The translations under genes and the position numbers were made by a program. The notes under the pieces were generated by a model, which saw nothing but the letters and a program-made list of their open reading frames with translations, was not told the origin of the DNA and searched no databases. From the NCBI GenBank assembly GCA_013265495.1, contig MU058836.1:620001-684000 (forward strand): a stretch of DNA of 64,000 nt. Direction: 5' to 3'. Of this stretch, positions 1 to 13,102 are shown piece after piece. The stretch's first letter is position 1. Each line of letters opens with the position of its first letter. Source of the DNA: Vicugna vicugna. Taxonomy: Eukaryota.

Positions 1-245
1 CCAGGAGGCTTTCCCTGACCACCTGATCAAGGTTCACTCCGCCCCCAGCACTTTCCCATTGCTTATTTCATTGTTTGTGCAGCATTTAAAACCTCTCTGA
101 CATGATTTTGTTCCTTTGTCTGCTTACTGTAAAGTATAAGCCTCCAGAGAGGAGGGCTGTTGCCTTGTTCCAGGTTGTGTTCCCGGCAACAAGAATGCCG
201 CCAGCACAGAGACTGTGCCCTCTGAGCTGAATGAATGCATGAATG
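1..245 (+). mobile_element. L2 LINE 3' end fragment
   Basis: Typical L2 3' motifs (ttccctgaccacc, taagcctccagagaggaggg) ending in (tgaa)n-like gctgaatgaatgcatgaatg. Confidence 0.75.
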
Positions 246-267
246 GTCACTGCCCAGCCTCCAACCT

Positions 268-556
268 TGTCAGCTTTCACAAACCCCAGGATGACGCCGT
301 TGCTTTCTCCCAAGGTTTCTGTCACATTCACTTTGCCAAGCAATTTTTCCTAGTTGGTCAGAATTAGGTCCAGAACAGAAGTTCCCCAAGCCTCTTCCAC
401 TTCTGGCTGAAAGATGAAATTATCAGCCAAGTCGAGCAAGGCAAAATGGATCAGATGCCCTGAGCGAGCAAGCTGAAGGGAGCTCCCAGCAGTCACTGCC
501 CCCTCACTGTTCTTCCCGTGGGGGGGTCTCATCCCCCAGCAGTCTCCTACCCTCAT
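268..556 (-). mobile_element. CR1/L3-like LINE fossil, ORF2 endonuclease C-terminal part
   Basis: Minus-strand translation DNFIFQPEVEEAWGTSVLDLILTN*EKLLGKVNVTETLGESNGVILGFV resembles CR1-clade DNFLxQxVxEPTRGxAxLDLILTN...GxLGxSDH; in-frame stop. Confidence 0.7.
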
Positions 557-1991
557 ACATGCTCCCCGGCCTCAAGGAGAGGCTGGATCTGCTCCAGCGT
601 TGTCAGAGCAACTCACCATGACTGACCTCTTTCTCTTGCTTGACTCTGTCTGGTTCGTGACGTCCTGCTCTGAAGACTGACACATTAGACCGGACTCTGA
701 TAGCAGATCTAACCATGGAGTTACAGTCAATGTATATCATCGGTTGCATGGGTCAGAAACCACTCCAACTACACAAAATAAGAGGAAGAGCAATTGGAAG
801 TCAACAGGGAGCTTTATGGAAGCCAAGGGTAGAAGGCAAGCTGTTGTCCCTGTCTCTGTCCTTCCCCATCTTTCTGGGCCACGTGCTCTTTCCTCCCTCC
901 CTCTGTCTGCCAGTCTGAGTCACTCTTGCCTTTGCCTAACAGCTGGCTTCCTCTCCTTGATCGTGGTTTATGTGCGTTCCCAAAACTCTGACTTACACGT
1001 GCTGTGGTTTTCCCTTTGTTGTGTTGCAAACTTCATTTCAAGTCTGTATGACCTTTCAGCTCAAATACTCGCCCCTGAATGACTACAGCCTCTGGCCTGT
1101 TGGTTCAATTACTCAACAGAAAACATCTGAAAGGCCATGAGCCCGCCAATGAATTGTCTTGTTACTTGAGGTTTTTAATCTTTGCTTCAATCAGGTGTGT
1201 GTTGAGAGGGATGGTTCATCACGTGGTTCACAGGGATGCTCCTCCCAAGGGTGGTCAGTGGGATTTCCTAAGAAGGGGGTGTAGGAAAGGGAAATATCTC
1301 AAAACATTCTAAAATGCAGAGCATAATAGCCTACCCAAAGTGACTGCTCCTTGCTTAGCCTGCTTTGTCTCTCTGATGGACACTTTGTTTTAAACTTTGA
1401 ACCATCCTAGTCCTGAAACTCCCTCCCCTGCAAAAAGAGGGGCCCATCTCTGCAGCAGTTCTCAGCATTTGTTCTGCTATTAATGCTGGACTTCTGATAC
1501 CTCTAGCATCAGCCAAACACAGCCAAACATACTGGGTGCTGACACCCACTGCACTGGATGCAGTTGGTCTCAAGCACAGATGGCACTACCGCCACGAAGG
1601 GTGTTTAGAGAGGTATTAGAGTGACTTCCGGTTGACCCAGTGGCTGGACATAGCTGCTGCCCTCGTGGACAGAAGCCAGAAATCTTAACTTCCTGCACCA
1701 TTCAGGACAGTCCCTCCCAACATGTCCTATCAAAATGCCAGCAGTGCCTCTATTGAGAAACACAAGGAGACTGACAAATCCACCCAATCAATCATCCACG
1801 TATATGTTCAGCATCCTTACTGCCAGCTACTATGCTAGTCTGGGAATACAAAGACAAGTATATGATAGATTATTTATATATGATAAATATATATGATAAC
1901 AATAAACATAAGCCTTGTTCTGGAGGCTCTCAAGCCTAAAGAGGGTTTCATTATAGTCATATGAAAATAATGCTACACATGAAAATAAAGT

Positions 1992-2208
1992 GGGGGAGGG
2001 TATAGCTCAGTGGTGGAGTGCATGCTTAGCATGCAGGAGGTCCTGGGTTCAATCCCTAGTACCTCCATTAAAAAAATAATAAAAAAAATTGTGCTGAACA
2101 CTGGAATTTGACACAACACTGTAAAATGATTATGAATCAATAAAAATGTAAAAAAAAATAATAAAAATAAATAAACCTAATTACCTCCCCCACCAAAAAA
2201 AAAAAAAA
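1992..2208 (+). mobile_element. tRNA-derived SINE (Vic-1-like) interrupted by a short L1 3' tip
   Basis: A box TAGCTCAGTGG, B box GGTTCAATCC, 3' motif AAACCTAATTACCTCCCC, poly(A). Confidence 0.9.
2086..2151 (+). mobile_element. Extremely 5'-truncated young L1 3' terminus nested in SINE linker
   Basis: Matches L1 3' end at 48331-48392; flanked by AAAAAAATAATAAAAA at 2070-2085 and 2152-2167. Confidence 0.8.
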
Positions 2209-3989
2209 GGGAAAACATTCATTCTAGATTTTTTTTTAGAAACCCCAACTGTCTAAGAAAGGAAACATAATCATAGTACGTTATTTGACTCAGCAAGGAG
2301 TGGTATGTAATCAGAATAATGTAAACTCTAATCGCCAATTTAACAAGAAAATGTGATGTAACCATTTGGGGAGGATGAAGGGGAAAAGTGGTGAGGCAGT
2401 GCTTGTGTACAAAAATCTAATCCTTGTCCACTGGAAAAGGAAATCCAGAGATAACTCCAATAAATGACAGCATAGCTGTATGGGCACATTCCATAGGAAT
2501 ATTGAGGTAAATCCCAGAAGACATAAACAGGAGAACTGGGGAACAAGGTGGTAAGACAGGGGTCGGCTAGTTTTTGATAATAAACCTTTTAACATTATTT
2601 AAATTTTTATCTATGCACACGTATTATCCTTCCGTGTAAAATTTAATTTTAAAATTATTACAACACGGGCTATGCAGTTATTACGAAGGCTGTCTTAGAA
2701 GGAATGCACGTGACGCTATGCATGTATTCTTTTTTTGTTTGTTTTTAAATTTTTTATTGAAGCATAGTCAATTGATGCATTTTTTCTTAAAGTTATAACG
2801 TCTATAATTGGCAAACGGTGAAGAGGTTTTACTAGACTAAGCGTGCAGGTCTGTGGAAATACACCAGCAGTCCCCAGCCTATGAGTAAGGCACGTTCCAA
2901 GCGCATATATATATTTTCTTAGCACCTCTGCTGGGAACGTCCCTGATCAGCCCACCTGGGCTAGAAAGCAGACCCTCCAGAATCCCAGCATTGGCTGCCA
3001 CTCAGGGTGTGGAGGAAAGAGGAAGCCACACTTCCTACCAGAGGGAGAGGGATTGGGAACCCGGGAGAAATTCAAGACAGAGAGGGTGAGGGAAGAGAAA
3101 TGACAAGGAAAGGAGACCCAGGGGCAGCATATGAGTGTCGCACATGCTCACTTACGTGAGTCCCCCAGCGGGGGGCTTGGGGCTTTTCCAGTTTTACCAC
3201 TGTAATCAGGATAACCATTTTAAGCAGATATTATTTCTTTCCGTTTCACTAGTGAAAAAATTGGGGGTCAAAGAAGTGAATGGATTTTCCTAGCATCCTC
3301 CAGCTGGTGAGTTGCAGAAAGTTTGAGCCCAGGTTTATCTGATGACCATGCCTTTCAAGGAGTCTCTGACTGTTTCTTCTGAACGTGGTATATTTCTCTG
3401 GGCAGCCAAGCCGACCCCTGAATCTGTGGAACCCTGGTGCTCTGCAGACTGTCAGACGTCAGCTGCAAAAACAGCAGCACAGTGGGCATTTCCCAATTCA
3501 GGGAACTATGTTCGGCTAATGGTTGGAAATTTTTCCATTAAAATTTTTGTTCTTTTATCTACCACACCTGTTAGTGCTTGTCCATGCTAGAATCTAGCAC
3601 TGAATGCTGTCTTATATAGTTAGCTATTTTAAACTTCGTATATCAATATTTTATGGTGTTCCACAAATAGTCCAATTCAGGACATAGATAGTGTCAGCCC
3701 CACTGCCTCTCCTGTCCATCTTTGCCTGCCCACAGCTCAGGATAAATAGGAGCTGTGGAATGAAGATAATGACTCATGGGTTTTCTTTTTTAAAGGAAGG
3801 GGAGAAAGGAATTGTTACGTGCACGTGCCTTGCTAAGCCTCACTCTTCCATGTGTTCAGTGGGTCTCATCCCTTCCCACCGCCTTGAGGACGTCACTTCT
3901 CTCCATCTGATGCCAGTTTTCAGGTCCTCTTTATAGAAAGACTCTTCAAAGGAGCTGCCAAGGCTCACTGTCAGCTCTTCACCTCTTCC

Positions 3990-5140
3990 CTTTCTCTTCT
4001 GAAGTCATTCTGATCAATTTTAGGTCCCATTATTCCACTGCAAGAGCTCTTGCAAGGTCACCAACGACCTGCACGCTGCAAACCCTAAAGTCAGTCCTCA
4101 GTTCTCTTCTCCAACTCTCAGCTCACCCTACTCCCTCTTTCCTGAAGCACATTCTTCACCTGGTTTCACGGCCATCACTCTCTTGTGGGTCTCGTCCTGC
4201 CCCACCTATCACTCATTCTCAGTGTGCTTCGCTTGCCCAGACAGAAAACTCCTTACGCCCCAGAGCTCAGTTCTTGGGGTGGTTCTCTTTTGTATTTAAT
4301 TTTACTCCCTGGATGATGGTCTCATCCTACTCTGTGCTTTAAATACAATCTACACTCTAACTACTCTCAGATTTGTATCTCCAGTCTGGACCTCTCCCTG
4401 AAATCCAGACTTTTATCCGCAACTGCCTTCTTGACATTGCCTCTTGGACATCTAAGTAACACCTTAGACCTAACAAGTCCAAAACCAGACTCCTGGTTTC
4501 CCCATTTAAAACTTCCCTCCCACGTTTCTGCCCATTTTGGAAACGGCGACTCCATTCTTCCAGGCGTCCGGACTTGGAATCGCCCTTCGTTCCTTATGTG
4601 CTCACGTTCAGCCCATCAGCCAATCCCGTGGGCTCTACCTTCAAGACGTGTCCCATATCTGACCACCTGTTACCACATCCCCTGCATCCACCCTGGTTAG
4701 AGCCATTCTCATCTCCACCTGGATTCCAGCAACAGGCTCCTGAGTATCTATCTCTCTGCTTCCCCGTGCTCCTTCTCATTCTGGTCCCCACCTGCCAGCA
4801 GCCAGAGTCATAGCATATCCTTACTTTGCCCAATATCCTCTGCATGGTTTGCTCCATCAACCCTCAGATCTCTGTTCAAATGACCTGTAATCAGAGAGCC
4901 CTCCCCTAACCACCCTATTCAAAATACTCCTCTCCACCTACACACTGCCCTCCCTATCTCCCTTACCCAACTTTATTTTCCTTCATACACATGTTATATA
5001 TATTTTTATTTTGTTATATACTTATTTTTTGTCTCCCTGTGAGTATCAGTACTGTGCCTTTTATATTCACCACCTTATCCCTAACATCTAGAACCGTGCT
5101 ACTCAAAGTAGGTCCATAAAGACTTGTTGAATGAGTGAAT
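3990..5140 (+). mobile_element. L2 LINE (3' ~1.1 kb)
   Basis: L2 motifs (aaggtcaccaacgacct, ccagtctggacctctccctgaa, cttggacatctaagt) ending ttgttgaatgagtgaatga. Confidence 0.8.
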
Positions 5141-6329
5141 GACCTCAGTACAAGAACTGCCAGAATAGAAGTGTGAACACAGAGCAGGACACGACGTCTG
5201 TCTGGAGTGGAAGAGGCAGTCAGAACAGCCTCCCTGGATGAGACGACATGACATTGTTTGGCACATGTTTGAGCACGATCATCCAATAACAGAGTAGGAA
5301 AGATGCCCATTGAGGCTTGAACTTAATTCCAGTTCAAACATCACCATTTACAGGCATCCTTTCCTTTGGTATAAGAGTCAAGTGTGCCTCACATCCGAAC
5401 TCCTTTCATGTAAGAGACATCCTGCCTTTGGGCTTCTTCCCAGTACCCACGATAAATGGAGGCTTACGGTTGTCAGCACGGGGCAACTTAGTGTCCATGG
5501 TTCAGCCCACACAGAGGATAGGCAATAGAAAACATTGGCTTAGGGATTTTAAAGAGCGTGTTTAGCCAAACCAGACTTCCAGGAGGTTTAATGTTGCGGG
5601 GGGTGTTTTGTTCTTCTGTTCGAAAGGCTGCAACGGGTAATGCTCTGAGAGAAAGGAATCACGCCCATTCACAGAGGGGGCACCGCCTGGGCTCCGGAGA
5701 GAGCAGGTTAATTTCAGCAGCTGCCACTAGAGGTCTATTCACAGCCAGAAATAAGGGGAGGCATCATCTCCGCAGCCTTTTCAGGGCTCCTGGGGAGGCG
5801 CCTGCCAGAGGGTCTGCCCCAAGAGTATGAGGAGCTCACGTCACAGGTTCCAGGTCCTTCTGCTGTGGACTTTTTGTCCCCCAGACACCTCCTGTTGACT
5901 CCCCTTCCTCCAAAACCATGGGAGGACAACCCCTTAGAAGTGCTGGCTGTTGCAAGCCTGTGGTTTCGAGGGTGGACAGATGAGGAGGTGGTCTCTGGTC
6001 ACTAAATAAACATTTCTCCATTCAGTAGCAGCACTGCAAGGACCCAAAGTAGGTCGTCTTCCTGCTTCATGCAATAAATACTTCCCCAAAGATCTACTTA
6101 GGAGTAGAGCTGTTTTCATACAGTAGAGATGAGAGTAGCGATGAGTCTGAAGGAGCCCTCCGACAATCCTACGTGTAGCGAACTGACAACTCTGAATAAT
6201 ACACCCGTTTGGTGGATTCATGCCTGAGGATTGCTTCACGTGGTTCTCAGGTGTGCCTGTTGGTGGGTTAGCAGTATCAGCCCTGTGGGTTTTAGAGTTC
6301 AGTTACACTTTACATGCAGATCCATTCTA

Positions 6330-7140
6330 TTTTTTTTTACTGAAGTAAAATCTACATAACGTAAAATTCACCATTGTAACCATTTTAAAGTGTACAAATC
6401 AGTGTCTTCCAGAACACTCACGACATTGAACAACCACCACCACTCTCTAATTCCAGAACATTTGCATCACCCAGAAAAGAAATCTGTACCCATTAAGCCA
6501 TCCCTACTCCCTACTTCCTTCAGCCCCGGCAATCATTAATCTGCTTTCTGTTTCTGTGGCTTTAATCTATCATTTTATATAAATGCACTTATATCAATGG
6601 ACATTTTGTACAGATGGCATCACACACTATGTGGCTTTTTGTGCCTGGCTTCTTTCATTTTGCATAGTTTTTTAGGTTCAGCCATGCTGTGGCAGGTATC
6701 AGCACCTCATTCCTTTTATGGCTGAATAATATTCCATCATATGGACATGCCATGTTTTGTTTATCTACTATATCAGGTGATGGACACTGGGGTTGTTTCC
6801 ACCTTTTTTTTTAATTGAAGTATAGTCAGTTTACAATGTTGTGTCAATTTCTGGTGTGCAGCATAAGGTTTCAGTCATACATATACATACATATATTTGT
6901 TTCCATCTTCTTTTTCATTATAGGTCACTACAAGATATTGAATATAGTTCCCTGTGCTATACAGTATAAACCTGTTGTTTACCTGTTTTATATATAGTAG
7001 TTAGTGTCTGCAAATCTCTAACTCCCAATTTATCCCTTCTCCACCTTTTATCTATTAAGAACAATGCTCCTGTGCACGTTTTTGTACAAGTCTTCTTTTC
7101 ACTTCTCTCGGGGAAATAGCTGGGAGTTGGATAATTGATT
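6330..7140 (-). mobile_element. Old L1 (L1MB-like) 3' fragment, split by a younger L1
   Basis: aaaattcaccattgtaaccattttaaagtgtacaa and gctgaataatattccat...gatggacactggggttgtttccac; resumes after 7049. Confidence 0.8.
6808..7039 (-). mobile_element. Younger L1 3' end (~230 bp)
   Basis: Poly(T) then aattgaagtatagtcagtttacaatgttgtg; TSD TCCACCTTTT at 6798-6807 and 7040-7049. Confidence 0.85.
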
Positions 7141-7439
7141 CTTTTCACATGGAGCTTCTTCTCTACCAGGCATCAAAGTACAAAGAAGAGTAAGATATGG
7201 TCCACCCCCCTCCCCCAAGTAATCTGCCTCCATGCTTTCTGCACGTGTTTGTTTGTTCAACAAAGGGGCACCAGGTCCTGAAGTACATCCGTGAACAAAA
7301 CACACAGAGGTCCCAGCCCTCATGGAGCTCACAGTCAGGTAAGCAGATAAGAACGAAGGAGAAAAAAACCCACAACAGGTGAACAATGAGATAATTTCAG
7401 ATGAGCTATATTAAGTAAACACAAATACTGAGTTGTCTA

Positions 7440-8280
7440 CTGGGAAGTTCTCAATTGCCACAAAAATAATCAATAATCAGCATGTCCGAAACTGAGCTCC
7501 ACATCTTTATCTCATTCTCTCCCCACCTAATCTGTTTACCTTCCTTTCCCTAACTCTGTTCTTGACCTGTCTAACCAGCGATTTGAGCCACTGTCCTTGA
7601 GTCCTCCTCCACTCTCCCTTCTCCCAAAGGCCCACATCTAAGTGGTCCCCAAGTCTCCCACACTCTCCCTTTCACATCTTGCCCCATTACTCTTGCCTCT
7701 GCCTGGTTCAGACTACATCATCACTGGATTCCTCAAGGGCTTCCCATCGCTTGCCTTTAATCAAGTCTTTACCTCAATGCCAGAATTATCTTTTTCTGGG
7801 CAAATCCAGTCCTGCCATCCACCAACTTAAAATCTTCACTAGCTCCCCATTCCACTCAAGATCAAGTCCAAACTCCAGCCTGGAATAAAAGGACTGCCAC
7901 CTGCTGGACCCTGCCCAGCATCCAGCCACCTCTCACGCAGATCCTCACATCACCTTCCCTCCAGCAGAAATAAAATCCTGTCCTGCCTCCTAATTATACC
8001 ATAATAGCACATTGTTCTCTCTGCCTGCATAGCCTTCTCCCACTGATTTGACCTTCCATTCTCATCCACCGCAGCCTCTTAGAAGCCTCTCCCTCTTTCC
8101 TCCACCAATACCAGACTGAATTAAATGCTGTCCTCTGTTTTCTTCAAGCTAAGTTGATTAGCAATTACGTTTACTAGTCTGCAAGGGTTGATTTTCTTGT
8201 AGGATGGGCCCATGTCTGATTATGTCCACATCCCTAGGGCTGAGCACTTGCTACAAAATGTAGGCTTAGACAAAGATTTC
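7440..8280 (+). mobile_element. L2 LINE fragment
   Basis: cagcatgtccgaaactgagctcc and pyrimidine-rich L2 3' region. Confidence 0.6.
7894..7907 (-). promoter_or_regulatory. CTCF core motif candidate
   Basis: Minus strand CCAGCAGGTGGCAG matches CCASYAGRKGGCRS. Confidence 0.5.
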
Positions 8281-9734
8281 AGCCCCTCTGAGCCTCAAGT
8301 TCCCTTTTGCAACAGGGAGGATATTACCCACCTCAAATGGCTCCCATGAGGATTAAATGAGCAACGCTTTATAAAACAAATAAACAAGAAGCCCAGAGCC
8401 TGGCCCCTGGAAGGCACTGAAACCTTGTCACTGCTTTTGCTCATCACGCTGCAGCAAGAACTCCCTCCACCATCCAGCTGCTGCCCCAAACAGCTTCTCC
8501 CCAAGGCCTCTAGGTTTCCAGCACGGACACCTCCATCCAAACCACTCAGGCTCTAACCTCTGCTCTTCCCCATTTCTTCCCATATTTGCTTGTTCATAGA
8601 GACCTGCTGAATTTTCCTTTCCCAATGTTTCCAGCAACAACACCTCCCTGTCCATTTCCAAAGGCATCCCACCCGAGTTTAAGAAGGGGTGACCTCAGGT
8701 TTGGATTATTTCTTACAATCCCCACTGGTCTCCCCGTCCTGCTCCCCCCGCCCCACCCTCTCCCTCCCTGAGCTGCAGTAACCTTCTGAAAACGCACAAC
8801 TGCCGTAAGCTCCCTCTCTATCCGTGCACACACGGGGTGAACTGTGGACCGGGTAATCATACTGAAAACATCCCAACAACCGTATCAAACGAGTGTTGTT
8901 AGTGACTTCCTGAAGCTGGAGGAATTCTGTTCTTCTAGGTCTCCTGTTCAACTTTTGGTCAGTCTCATGAGTGACTTACAGAGAAGAGACATTAACCCAA
9001 CTGCCAATGACAAAAAAGTCAGAGGGAGAGCAAATTTGATAGGCATTTTTTTCCCAACTGTCTAGAATGTTGCGTGAAAATGAATAAGATGTTGTGAGTA
9101 AAGATAAATGAGTTTTCTATTCAGATTTCAGAAATCAGTTGCATTCAAGTCAGGCCAGGGTTCTCTTGCTTAAAAAGAACTCATGTGAACAGATGGGGTA
9201 ATATGACTGTTGAAAAAAAATTATGTGAGCTTGGTGTTACAAACTCAGGAAGCAAAATAGGCCTATTGTTCTTAGCTCCATGCAGAAGACATCTGGATCG
9301 TGTGGGAACACATTTGAAGAGGAACAGTGACCAACTGCAGAGTATCCTTAAATGAGCAATCAAAATGAACAGGGGAGAAAATACCAACAGTGGAAAACAC
9401 ACATCACCATTTATTTCCAAATGGTCGATGGCACTTCAGATGCATCTACGTCACATTGTTATAGTAAACGCTGGTTTTGTTCAGTCAGTCAAAAGTAATC
9501 CCCTGAATACAAACGATGTGAAGGGTCACTTTGGCTGGTCTAAAAACGGCATCTCAGACTTACTGTTAACCCATTGCGATGGCTTCTGCATTTTGGGTAA
9601 AGTTAAATATTCATTCAGTTCTTTTTATCATTTAACTAAGAAAGTGGAAATCAACCCTACTGTCAGTTAGATTGTGATAAATAGTGGTTCTAACCAGAGT
9701 CAAGGCCATACTGGAACTGAAAAAAAAATTACTT

Positions 9735-10034
9735 CTGAGAGATTGTTGCTTTTTCACCAGTGACACCCCCAGCCCTGTTTTGTTCTAATTCCCAAGCAAG
9801 GATTTCTAAGATGCCAAGTTGCTGAATTACCCCCACTTCCTAGTAGCATCCAATACAAAGCTAGTTCCTGTTTCTCTAGTCCCTCCTTAGAATCACCCAC
9901 ATCCTTTAACAAACCCCTCCAATGCTCTCTTACCAAGGCACCAAGAGCTTCCCTTATGGCAGCCAGCTAAATCAACCTACATCTGTTGATCTATAGATAC
10001 GTGCCTGCAGGTCTTTGACTGGTGGACTTTGATA
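9735..10034 (+). mobile_element. ERV1 LTR fragment (MER67-like)
   Basis: gaattacccccacttcct...agcatccaat; end gtctttgactggtggactttgata. Confidence 0.55.
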
Positions 10035-11551
10035 CAACAAATATTTATTGAGCTCCCATTGTACTAGGTACTTGGTGATGGAGGAAAGTAAAGAGTTGAT
10101 TATAGACAAGAAAACAGAGGAAGGTGGATCAGTTCCAGAGCTACTGATTATATGAAAGAAAAAGAGAAGGTAGGAAGTAAGCCAGAATAGTAGGAGTTGG
10201 ATGAGCGACGAGCCAAGGAACCTGGCCTGCCCAGCCCTCCTGCTGCAGTTAGTCTCCTGTTAAGCAGACATAGTCAGACCGCACCAACTGACATAGGTTA
10301 AGGGTAGGCACCAGCAACCAGTGGGGCCTGTCCTGTGGTCTAGGAGCCCATGACTTGGGTGGTCTTGCTCAAAGAAGATGCATTAGGCCAATTATATTCC
10401 TATTTCAGGGTGCTGAGTTAAAATTCACATCGACCAGCCCTAACTGACACTGAAGTCCAAAGGATTATCAAAGTTACCCCATTATAGAGGAAACTGGGTG
10501 GCCATTAGGGACTATCTACTTCTGAAGGCAGGAAGAAATTGATCAGCAGATGGGTGAGACTAGAGGTCACGGGCAGAGGGCAGCAGAGCTGTCTAAGTGA
10601 GGCCATGGAGCCATCAAGAGACAGAGCAGCTTTCTGTCCAACAATATCCCTACTCAAAAGCCTGGAGGAACCTGGGTTCTTGCCTTGGATTCTCATGAGC
10701 CTCTCTTTACAGTTGGAGCCCCTTTTGTTAAGCTAGCTCTTACTGCTACAACTAGAGCAGTAACTAGGACAGGAGAGAAGGAACAGGGGATCCTTAAACA
10801 ACATCCCAAGACTACTAACCTAGAAAGCACAAAGGCAAAAGAAGGGAAACAGAGTTCACACAGTGGCTTCAGTTCATTGTGGGACCAGGTGAAGAGAGGA
10901 GCAGGTGATCGAGGCAAGAAGTAGGTTGCAGGTGGGGCCAGTGATGGGCCAAGTGGTGCCAAGCCTGTGCTACCGCCCTCGTCTGACCTGTCACGGCGTG
11001 GCTTGGGAGTCCACTCGTCTAGGGAGCCTCCCCCGTGTCCTCCAGTTTGAGTTGGGAACCATCTTCCCATGTTCCGACAGCACCTTGGTTTACCTTCCTC
11101 AAAACCCTTACCACTCTGTGTTCTAATTCCTGAACTTATTTCCATCTGAATGTCTTCCAGACCAGTGGCCAACTTTGCTGTCCAGGGGCCATTCCTCAAC
11201 GTTTGGAAACATTTTGATTGTCACAACTGGGTGAAAGGAGCTAATTTAAACAAATGCAAGTTTCAACGGTCTCAAGTGATTTGTGGCTTCAGTGAAACAC
11301 AAGTCTCTCCTCCTTACTGCTCCCAGACTCTGACAGCAACTCCTGCCTCTCAGTGGCACTCGCCAGAGCTTTGTTTACACTTGTGTGAGCGTCTGACTGT
11401 TTATCTCCCGCAGCAGATTGGAAGCAACCTGAGGGCAGGAAGCATGCTCGACTTGTTCACCTTCCTATTCTTGATGTACAGGGCCTGGCACAAAACAGGT
11501 GCTCAGTACACATGTGTGTGCACAACCAAAAGATGAATGGCCAGTTAGGGG

Positions 11552-12139
11552 TGTATTCATCACAGCTCTCCAGAGAAACAGAACCAATAGGAAATACAGA
11601 TAGATAGATACATATGTACATAGATATACATACATACACAGACATGTACATACACGTATATGACATATATATCTATACTATATATATATGAATATATATA
11701 AAGAGATTATCACAAGTTTTCAGCTCCCATGAAAATGGAGCCTGACAAGTCCCAAGCTCTGCAGAGTGAATTTCCAAGCCGGAGACCCCAGAGAGCTGAT
11801 GGTTGCGTTCCTAAAACCCGGCAGGCCCAAGATCTTGGAGGAGCAATTGTTTCAGTTCAAGCCCAAAGGCAGGAAGGAAGCCAACGTTCCAGTTTGAAAG
11901 CAGGTGGGCAAGAATTCCCTCCTGTTCAAGGGAGGGTCAGTCTCTTTGTTCTCCTCAAGGCCTCAACTCTTTGGAAGAGGCCCATCCACATTAGGGAGGG
12001 TGCTCTGTTTTACTCAGTCTATGGATTTAAATGTTAATCTCATCCCAAAACACTCTTGCAGACACACCTCGCAAAATGTCTGGTCAAATACCGAGGTGCT
12101 CCATGGCCCAGTCAGGCTGACACATAAAATTAACCACGG
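11552..12139 (-). mobile_element. MLT2-family (ERVL) solo LTR with internal TA/CA-rich microsatellite
   Basis: ctccagagaaacagaaccaatagga start; gctgacacataaaattaacca end. Confidence 0.85.
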
Positions 12140-12734
12140 GAAAGGTTGGGTGTTGGGGAGGTTGGAGGGGAAGTTTCTCTTGCCGGGTTTGTGTTAAGGT
12201 AAAATGTTATTGTAATTAGGCAAATAGTTGTTTTTGCTTTCTTTCTTTCTTTTTTTCTCAAAAAAAAAAGGAGTTTGGGAGCTGTCCCAGCTTTGCCTGG
12301 GCTCAGCCCGTGTCTCCTTCCTAGAAGGAGACAGGAGACAATGAGCACAGGATAAGCTCCATCAGTCCGGGTTCAGCACACGATTCTCCTCGTGGGACAC
12401 AGGATGCTGTGGATGCTGTGGATGCTGCTGGCAGCTGGGCTTCCACTGGCTCGCTCGGATAAAAGGAGGGGTGGGAAGACCGCCAGGAGCTGAGCCACCA
12501 TGCCCTCAGAATTCTGAACGGCAGAAACCTGGGTCCCTCGGCATTCCTAGCCATGGTCGTTGCTAACCTCGGTACTGCTGTTTTGCCTAAGACCAAATGT
12601 TTTCATGAACAGAATGTTTTGCTATTTCAAGAACTCAAAGGCTCTTGGCCTCCCAGCTTAGAAAGCCACTATCTCAGTTCTGCCTCTGGTAAGATGCTCG
12701 CGCTTTGTGCTTGGGACAAGACTGTGGCACACTC

Positions 12735-12751
12735 CTGCCACCTGGTGGCAA
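12735..12751 (-). promoter_or_regulatory. CTCF core motif candidate (palindromic)
   Basis: Minus CCACCAGGTGGCAG (12735-12748) within palindrome TGCCACC-T-GGTGGCA. Confidence 0.55.
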
Positions 12752-13102
12752 CAGTTGTGCAAGTTGAAAGTTCTGATTTGGCCAAAACACAAGACAGAAA
12801 GGGTGTGCTTTGGGACTCGCATTGGTGAAACGGAATTATGGGTTAATAGAACAATAAATGTGGGAGGAAAATTAGTGATCACTGAATTCAGTCACCACAG
12901 TTTCTAGACGAGGAAACTAAGGCTTAAAAATACTCTGTGATGCACCCAAAGATAGAGAGACAGCGAGTGAGTGACCAGGGCCACCCATCACCAAAAATCA
13001 AGTCTCATTTCCCTTCTAACCCAACACTAGAAAATAACTATTTCTTTATTGGAGGCAACTAAAGACTCGATCAATTGGCAGAATGGTGAGCAATTAAGTA
13101 TA

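Noticed and set aside
1992..2068. tRNA-like genes (also at 13460-13531, 34410-34488, 41415-41488, 57318-57380)
   Set aside because: They have A-rich tails, SINE-specific 3' modules, TSDs and divergent stems, so they are SINEs rather than tRNA genes.
10693..11199. Longest ORFs (168 aa here; also 15917-16414, 25806-26288, 48961-49455, 55798-56283)
   Set aside because: No recognisable domains, several run through repeats, and composition looks like chance ORFs.
12401..12431. GGATGCTGT x3 and other tiny tandem duplications (e.g. 51172-51194)
   Set aside because: Ordinary slippage products with no spacers; not CRISPR-like.
12455..12520. GATAAAA plus GCCACCATG as a gene start
   Set aside because: The ORF is only MPSEF*, with no CpG island or splice donor support.
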